Assembly: GCA_964426185.1 (NCBI GenBank)
Contig: CAYRPF010000003.1
Location: 46,343-78,342, forward strand
DNA: 32,000 nt
Source of the DNA: an uncultured archaeon
GTDB taxonomy: Archaea; Asgardarchaeota; Lokiarchaeia; Sigyniarchaeales; Promethearchaeaceae
Reading direction: 5' to 3'
In this document: in pieces, positions 26,217 through 32,000 of the stretch
How the letters are laid out: each line of letters opens with the position of its first letter
Numbering within the stretch: the first letter of the stretch is position 1
Translations under genes and position numbers: made by a program
Notes under the pieces: generated by a model
Told to the model about the DNA's origin: nothing
Database searches by the model: none
What the model saw: the letters and a program-made list of their open reading frames with translations, nothing else

Positions 26217-28365
26217 GATTTTTCCTTTTTCTGCCTTTTTTGGATATGATCTTGCAAAAATGGGTTTAATCACTGCCTTAATTGATCCAAATATTGGCGG
26301 TATTCTTATATCTGGATCTCAAGGTTGCGGAAAAACAGTCATTGCAAGATCACTTCAAGCTTTACTGCCCTCAGAATCTCCATTTGTAGATATTCCTTTA
26401 GGCGTTTCAGAGGATATGTTGATTGGAACTCTTGATTTGGAACATACTATTAAAACGGGAGAAAAAAGATTCATAAAAGGATTGTTATCTAAAGCTAACG
26501 GTGGAATATTATTTATTGATGAAATTAATTTGATGCAAGATCATATTATTGATTTACTTCTAGATGTTAGTGAATCACATTTTCAGAATATTGAGCGGGA
26601 AGGTTTTTCTCTTCAAGAACAAGTTTGTTTCACCTTGATTGGGACAATGGATCCAAGTGAAGGGGAACTTCGTCCTCAGATTCAAGACCGATTTGGAATC
26701 GAGCTTAATTTTCAACCTATAAAAAATTTACGTGATAGAGCGAAGATAACCAAGCGAATCTTTGAATTTCAAACAGATCTTGATAAATTTATCAATAAAT
26801 TTAAGAAATCTCAAGAATTATTACGTCAAAAAATTATCACAGCAAGAAATTTGCGAGATTCAATTATAATTCCGCCTTCTTTTTATGTAAAAGCTTCTCA
26901 ATTAGTCAGAACTTTACATATTAACTCTCAACGCGCCGAAATTCGTTTTCTTCTTGTAGCACGAGCAATTGCTGCCTTTCATGGGCATAATTATATTTCA
27001 GAAATTGATTTAGAACGTGCCTTACAATTAGTTTTTGCTGGAAAATTGCAACGTATATATGGGAAATCAATGAATCCAAATTTCTTACAAGAAACATTTC
27101 TGGAGATCTGGCATAAAATCCGAAGTTTTCCCCAGCCTGAATCATCTGAATCTCCAAACATGGAAAAGTCTTCCTACCCGAAAGTTTTTCGTTCATCCGT
27201 TAAAATTGGCACAAAATACTCAGAAAACCCTCCCCCTAAAAATAATTCCGACCTTCCCGAAATAGAAAATCATGGTCTCGAAAAAAAGGCATCTTCCGAT
27301 CGTTTTACAAATTACCCATTGGATTCTTCAGAAATACCAGGAATCAAAGGTGGGGCTCCTTCAGATGAAGTTTCTTCAAATAAAAATGATTCATTTGCTG
27401 CTATCAGAACTCATAATCCCCCGATAAAGATGGATCTTTCCATGATATTCAAGTACTCTCAAAAAAGAAAGAGAATAGTGAATTATACTGGAAGAGGCTC
27501 ACGTATAAAAGTACTTTCTCGATCAAATGGCCGATATGTATATACTCGCAAGCCCAATCAAAAACGTCCTCATTCCATTGCATTTGATGCAACGATTAAA
27601 GCTCACTACTTGCATTATCCTCATTCTTTGGAGAAAATTTCTAACACAATTTTTATGCACTCTTCCCCAATCCAAGGTGAATCTTTAGCAATCCATTTAA
27701 ATTATTCGGATATACATGAAAAAATCATGGAATTACGTGCTCCTCTTTCATTATACTTCATTGTAGACGCTAGTGCTTCCATGAGGCGAGTATTACCATT
27801 AACAATTAAAATAATTGAAAGTGTTCATTCTGAAGGTTATAAAAAGAAGGATAAAATTTCAGTGCTATCATTCCAAGGTCGTGAAGTTGAAATTCTCCAA
27901 CGACCATCTGTTTCTTTTTCAGTGGCTTTGAAAAAATTACAAAATCTACAAGCATCATCCTATACTCCTTTAGCAGCTGCTTTACAAACAACCCTTCGAT
28001 TGATTTCACAGGAAACTATAAAGGGGTTTTCAATTCCAATCATCATCATATTAAGTGATTTGGGTGCAAATATATCCCTCTCTTATCCTGAACGCAATAT
28101 TTCCACTCGAGAAGATTTTGATTTAATTGCAGATGAACTTGAGCAAATTGCCCACAAAATCGGTCGTCTGGGCTATTTCTGTATTATTATGAAACCTTTA
28201 AAATCATTTGCAACCAGATATTTAGGTGTAGATTATCGTTCCGTTCAAAAAATCGAAAAAAGCTTTGTTCAATGGGGCAATACTCAGATATTCGAGTATG
28301 ATACAACCGATTTTGATGGTACTATCATGAATTTTAAAGAAATTGTAAATGAAATGATTTCATAA
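26206..28365 (+). CDS. ChlI/ChlD (Mg/Co chelatase subunit)-like AAA+ - linker - VWA protein
   Basis: IDPNIGGILISGSQGCGKT, PLGVSEDMLIGTLDLE, ANGGILFIDEINL, EREG, EGELRPQIQDRFG, S/P-rich linker, IAFDATI, VDASASM, TPLA, LSD. Confidence 0.9.
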   Translation: MQYKIFPFSAFFGYDLAKMGLITALIDPNIGGILISGSQGCGKTVIARSLQALLPSESPFVDIPLGVSEDMLIGTLDLEHTIKTGEKRFIKGLLSKANGGILFIDEINLMQDHIIDLLLDVSESHFQNIEREGFSLQEQVCFTLIGTMDPSEGELRPQIQDRFGIELNFQPIKNLRDRAKITKRIFEFQTDLDKFINKFKKSQELLRQKIITARNLRDSIIIPPSFYVKASQLVRTLHINSQRAEIRFLLVARAIAAFHGHNYISEIDLERALQLVFAGKLQRIYGKSMNPNFLQETFLEIWHKIRSFPQPESSESPNMEKSSYPKVFRSSVKIGTKYSENPPPKNNSDLPEIENHGLEKKASSDRFTNYPLDSSEIPGIKGGAPSDEVSSNKNDSFAAIRTHNPPIKMDLSMIFKYSQKRKRIVNYTGRGSRIKVLSRSNGRYVYTRKPNQKRPHSIAFDATIKAHYLHYPHSLEKISNTIFMHSSPIQGESLAIHLNYSDIHEKIMELRAPLSLYFIVDASASMRRVLPLTIKIIESVHSEGYKKKDKISVLSFQGREVEILQRPSVSFSVALKKLQNLQASSYTPLAAALQTTLRLISQETIKGFSIPIIIILSDLGANISLSYPERNISTREDFDLIADELEQIAHKIGRLGYFCIIMKPLKSFATRYLGVDYRSVQKIEKSFVQWGNTQIFEYDTTDFDGTIMNFKEIVNEMIS

Positions 28366-28382
28366 TCAAATTGAAGTTCAAC

Positions 28383-30068
28383 TTAATTGGAATTTTTCAA
28401 TTTTTTAACCATCTGAATAAATTTCAAGTAAATTGGAGATGGTTTATATGGTCTTGAGCAGTATTCTGGATGGAATTGAGTTCCTACCATAAAAGGATGC
28501 ACTTTTTCAGAAAGTTCAATTGCATTGACAATTTTTCCTGTTTCATCATATGCTGACACATTTAATCCTTTTTCCCGCACATTATCATCAATAAACTTTT
28601 CATTAATATGAAATCGATGGCGGAATCGCTCGCGAATGGTTGTTTCTTGATAAGCTTGGAATAACAAAGTATTTTCCCTAACAATTACTATTTGACCTCC
28701 CAATCGCATTGTCCCTCCCATATTTACAATATTTTGCTGCTCATCCATCATACTTACAACAGGATTTTGTGTGTTGGGTTTAATTTCTGTGGAATGTGCG
28801 TCTGTAATTCCCATTTGATAGCGGATAAATGCCACAAAAAATAATTGTGCTCCGAAACATATTCCTAAATAGGGTTTTTTCTTTTCAATGGCGTATTTTG
28901 CAGTTAAAATCATTCCTTCAACTCCACGGGTTCCAAAACCGGGAGTTAGTAATATCCCATCACAAGTCTCCAATTCTTGAATGAAATCCTCTTTTTCAGT
29001 ATCCACAAAAACTATTTCTAGATTTACATGTTCATGTGCGCATGAATGTTTTAACGCTTCATTAATTGAAACATAACTGTCTCTATTATCAACATATTTT
29101 CCGGGCATGGCAATTCGAAGTGTTTCTGCGTAATTTTGGACAAACAAATCCGCAGTTTTCTTCCATTCTGAATAGTTGTTTACATTACTAAACTCCACAA
29201 GTTTTGGCTTAAGATTAAGATGAATTCCAAGTAAATCACCAAGTCTTTGTTCTTCAAATATAAGTGGAACGCTGTAAATTGATTTGATATCTGGATTTGA
29301 AATTACATGGTCGGGAGGTACATTTGTAAACAAAGATATTTTCCGTTTTAATTCTTCTGGAATTTCAATTTTTGATCTACAAATGAGAAAATCTGGTTGC
29401 AACCCTGCACTCTGTAATTCTTTTACAGAATGTTGAGTGGGTTTACTTTTTAATTCTCCCACTGCTTCTGAATAGGGTACTAAGGTTACATGAATTAATG
29501 CCGTATCTTCTTTAGGAAATTCTAATCGTAATTGACGAAATGCTTCTAAAAAGATAATCGATTCGACATCACCCACGGTTCCACCGCATTCGATAATTAG
29601 AACATCGATATTTTCTTGAATTGCAATATTTTTTATCCGATCTTTTATCATATCTGTGCAATGTGGAATAATTTGAACTGTTTTACCTAGATAGTTTCCC
29701 TTTCGCTCTTTTAGTATGGTTTCAAAATATATTTGGCCTGATGTTATATTATGTGAAGGATGAATAAAATCCCCTAAAAAGCGTTCATAGGTTCCAAAAT
29801 CTTGGTCTAATTCGCCGATTTTAGTGGTAATATATGGATTACGTCCGTCATCATTGATTGGATTGAAATGCCAGACTTGATCTGTAATAAAACATTCTCC
29901 ATGTTCCACCGGATTCAAAGTGCCTGGATCAACATTCAGATAAGGGTCTATTTTAAGCGCCGAAACTTTAAAACCTCGAAATTGGCAAAGTTTTCCGATA
30001 GAAGCAGTGGTCACACCTTTACCGATGCCGCTCATTACCCCTCCGGTAACAAAAACGAACTTTGGCAT
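28383..30068 (-). CDS. pyrG: CTP synthase
   Basis: FVTGGVMSGIGKG, KIDPYLNVDPGT, KSKPTQHSV, GICFG (catalytic Cys), ERFRHRF, QFHPE. Confidence 0.98.
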   Translation of the reverse strand: MPKFVFVTGGVMSGIGKGVTTASIGKLCQFRGFKVSALKIDPYLNVDPGTLNPVEHGECFITDQVWHFNPINDDGRNPYITTKIGELDQDFGTYERFLGDFIHPSHNITSGQIYFETILKERKGNYLGKTVQIIPHCTDMIKDRIKNIAIQENIDVLIIECGGTVGDVESIIFLEAFRQLRLEFPKEDTALIHVTLVPYSEAVGELKSKPTQHSVKELQSAGLQPDFLICRSKIEIPEELKRKISLFTNVPPDHVISNPDIKSIYSVPLIFEEQRLGDLLGIHLNLKPKLVEFSNVNNYSEWKKTADLFVQNYAETLRIAMPGKYVDNRDSYVSINEALKHSCAHEHVNLEIVFVDTEKEDFIQELETCDGILLTPGFGTRGVEGMILTAKYAIEKKKPYLGICFGAQLFFVAFIRYQMGITDAHSTEIKPNTQNPVVSMMDEQQNIVNMGGTMRLGGQIVIVRENTLLFQAYQETTIRERFRHRFHINEKFIDDNVREKGLNVSAYDETGKIVNAIELSEKVHPFMVGTQFHPEYCSRPYKPSPIYLKFIQMVKKLKNSN

Positions 30069-30143
30069 GTTACCTAAAAGTCGGGAAAATTTAAAAAATC
30101 ATTTATTAACAAAATAAATGAGAAAAAAATTCAAAGTTCAATT

Positions 30144-30515
30144 TTATTGAAACTTCTGTAAAAAAGTCAAATTATATTTAGCTTTGGTGAGAACATCTTC
30201 AATTTTTTTTTTAGTGATTGGTTTAATGAGAAATTCATTAAAAGCTATCCTTATTTGAGGTTTTAAAAGCAATTCAGCCATGCCAACTTTGAAACTATCA
30301 TCATTAGAAACTTCATACATCAATTCATTTCCTTGAAGACCACCCTTTAGATAAACTTCAGAAATGATAAGATCGAATTTTTTCTTTCTTAGGTGCTTCT
30401 GAGCATCGACACTTGAGTGACAGGTCGTAATCTCATGAGTAGGGTCAATTTGTAAAATAAATTGCTTGATCTGATCTTGATTTTGTAGATCGTCATCAAT
30501 CAGTAATATGTCCAT
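30144..30515 (-). CDS. Stand-alone receiver (CheY-like) domain with Glu at the phosphoacceptor position
   Basis: ILLIDDD, FDLIISEVYL (E53), G..G.EL, FLIKPI. Confidence 0.88.
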   Translation of the reverse strand: MDILLIDDDLQNQDQIKQFILQIDPTHEITTCHSSVDAQKHLRKKKFDLIISEVYLKGGLQGNELMYEVSNDDSFKVGMAELLLKPQIRIAFNEFLIKPITKKKIEDVLTKAKYNLTFLQKFQ

Positions 30516-30567
30516 TGCTGGAATACAAAATGAATTCTATCCTTAAAACTATATTGAATATTTCAAA

Positions 30568-31134
30568 TTATAATTTTTTCCCTCTTAGCCAAGCTTCCAT
30601 TACCAATGTGTTGAAAATCTTTATATGGTTGGGATCTGTGGTTTGCACTAATAATATTTGATCTTTCTTGGAACCGCAAGCACCGAAAAGCAATTTTTCG
30701 CCATCAATTAATGCACAAAATCTGTCATTTCCATCATATAAACGAAAAGTGATGTTATCAAAGCCTTGCAATTCATCTAAAATTTCTTGATCTGATGAAT
30801 TTCCTGATTCTATATTGCAAGCCACCTTGATATTTACATTTGCACTAATCTCGAATAGAAAAAGAACACCAATATCTTGTATAGATGGCGCTGTTAGAAT
30901 AATATTATGCTGAGCGGTCTGGATCGCTTCATATAATTTTTGAATAACTTCTTTGCGAGGGTAATAATGGGCATTTCCTTGTTCTAAAGAGCGAAGTCGT
31001 GTTTCTAACTCCTCAACTTCATCATCCGCTGCTTCTAAATCTTCTTTTAAGAAAATCATTTCTTCTTCTAATGAATTGATCTTTTCTTTTAATTTGGTTA
31101 TTTCATCGTTGGTTGTGGGAATTATTCTCACCAT
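30568..31134 (-). CDS. Short coiled coil fused to TrmB-effector / PLD-like alpha-beta domain (no HKD, no HTH)
   Basis: Heptad-rich residues ~9-52, then LYEAIQTAQHNIILTAP...VNIKV...ALIDGEKLLFG...LVMEAW. Confidence 0.65.
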   Translation of the reverse strand: MVRIIPTTNDEITKLKEKINSLEEEMIFLKEDLEAADDEVEELETRLRSLEQGNAHYYPRKEVIQKLYEAIQTAQHNIILTAPSIQDIGVLFLFEISANVNIKVACNIESGNSSDQEILDELQGFDNITFRLYDGNDRFCALIDGEKLLFGACGSKKDQILLVQTTDPNHIKIFNTLVMEAWLRGKKL

Positions 31135-31268
31135 CTCATTATAACGGTTATAAAAAATATTGGTTTCGAAGTAAAAAAGTATTTTCCTTCTATTATTTAT
31201 TTCTGATGTAAAATCATTAAGGTAGAGGAAACTTTTTTTTATTTGTTGATGATATATTAGTGTTTAAT

Positions 31269-32000
31269 ATGAGTAGCGATGATGAAAAGTTAATTACCCA
31301 AATTGAAAAGATAATAGATGAAACTATGGAATCTCATGTAGCAATTTTGGGGATCTCCATTGGAACCGAAATTGCCACAAAAATATACAGCAAATTCAAA
31401 CCCGAAATTAAATCCTTTTCAGATATAGAATTAATAGCAAGTTCAACCAGTTTTCATTACATTTCAAATTCATTGTTCCGCAATATTGCAAAGAATAATC
31501 TGAATTCTTCTTATGTTACTGTAGATGATTTTATTCTTTTGATGAACATCACAAAGGAAATCTCTTCTGCTATGATATTAGATCGCAGTTTAGCTGAATT
31601 GGAGGGAATTTCTGCCTATGATCAAGTTTTGAATGAAATTACTTTGAAGATAAATGCACTCGTCGAAACAGTGGACTATGTTTCTCAAGATCCATTAGTT
31701 AAGATAATTCGTGCAGTCCCGAGTGCATTATTTTTGGCAATTATCGGAAAAGAAGGACTACCTATTAAAATTATTGATGACGGCACAATTCAAGCTCCCA
31801 TGGTTAGCTCACAAATTGCTGCTTTAAGTAATCTAACTCAAGTTATGCTCAAAAAACAGATGGATTATACCATATTACAAGGTCCTGGAGCTGTAATTTT
31901 AGTGATCCAATTTGATGAAGAAAGAATTTTAGCCATTTCTATTCCAGAGCAAGAAAAAGAGAATGTTGGGCAATATTTGGCTAGAATTAAAGAAATTATT
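31269..32000 (+). CDS. Tandem Roadblock/LC7 (MglB-like) domain protein, 3'-truncated by window; not in supplied ORF track
   Basis: Open from ATG 31269 for 244 codons: MSSDDEKLITQIEKII...ILGISIGTEIATKIYS... and ...LVKIIRAVPSALFLAIIGKEGLPI...MVSSQIAALSNL...YTILQGPGAVILVIQFDEERILAISI..., giving two alpha-beta-beta-alpha-beta-beta-beta-alpha units. Confidence 0.82.
   Translation, partial: MSSDDEKLITQIEKIIDETMESHVAILGISIGTEIATKIYSKFKPEIKSFSDIELIASSTSFHYISNSLFRNIAKNNLNSSYVTVDDFILLMNITKEISSAMILDRSLAELEGISAYDQVLNEITLKINALVETVDYVSQDPLVKIIRAVPSALFLAIIGKEGLPIKIIDDGTIQAPMVSSQIAALSNLTQVMLKKQMDYTILQGPGAVILVIQFDEERILAISIPEQEKENVGQYLARIKEII

Noticed and set aside
26206-28365. Evidence for chlorophyll synthesis
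   Set aside because: ChlD-like AAA-VWA proteins are common in non-phototrophs, and no chlH or other bch/chl genes are present.
2351-30077. Remaining 60-110 aa ORFs nested in long genes (for example 2351, 2818, 3240, 11703-12956, 16085, 16442, 16666, 20223, 21304, 21784, 22658, 24073, 24292, 24832, 25530, 26040, 26921, 27806, 29868)
   Set aside because: They overlap well-supported CDSs or their promoters and carry no motifs.
30568-31134. Active phospholipase D/nuclease or TrmB transcription factor
   Set aside because: No HxK motif and no HTH domain.

Overview
AT-rich archaeal chromosomal window, most consistent with an Asgard archaeon of the Lokiarchaeia/Promethearchaeota. This taxonomy is inferred from a tandem Roadblock protein, a Zn-ribbon hypothetical, an Ig-like membrane protein paired with a multi-winged-helix gene, TTTATATA boxes and a CCA-less tRNA. 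Confident calls: tRNA-Gly(GCC), dnaJ, dnaK (no adjacent grpE), phnN-like kinase, bacterial-type aroK, a flavodoxin-like protein, a HAD-IIB hydrolase, smc-scpB (no scpA), a MoxR ATPase plus HEXXH/VWA protein, a ChlD-like AAA-VWA protein and pyrG. No transposase, integrase or CRISPR array was seen. The best candidates for undescribed systems are: (1) a glycosylated Ig-like membrane protein translationally coupled to a triple winged-helix regulator; (2) a divergent AAA+/VWA cluster with a Cys-insert MoxR and HEXXH-VWA protein opposite YbjN-like, Ca-loop FKBP and ChlD-like genes, around a 10-bp-periodic intergenic repeat; (3) a small DNA-binding-like ORF and a TPR gene divergent from dnaK, with a palindrome at the predicted dnaK start site; (4) a polytopic membrane protein with a duplicated cytoplasmic winged-helix-like domain. 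Two decayed local duplications are also visible: a tRNA copy and the 5' end of the HAD gene. All domain calls are by-eye motif recognition; no searches were run.
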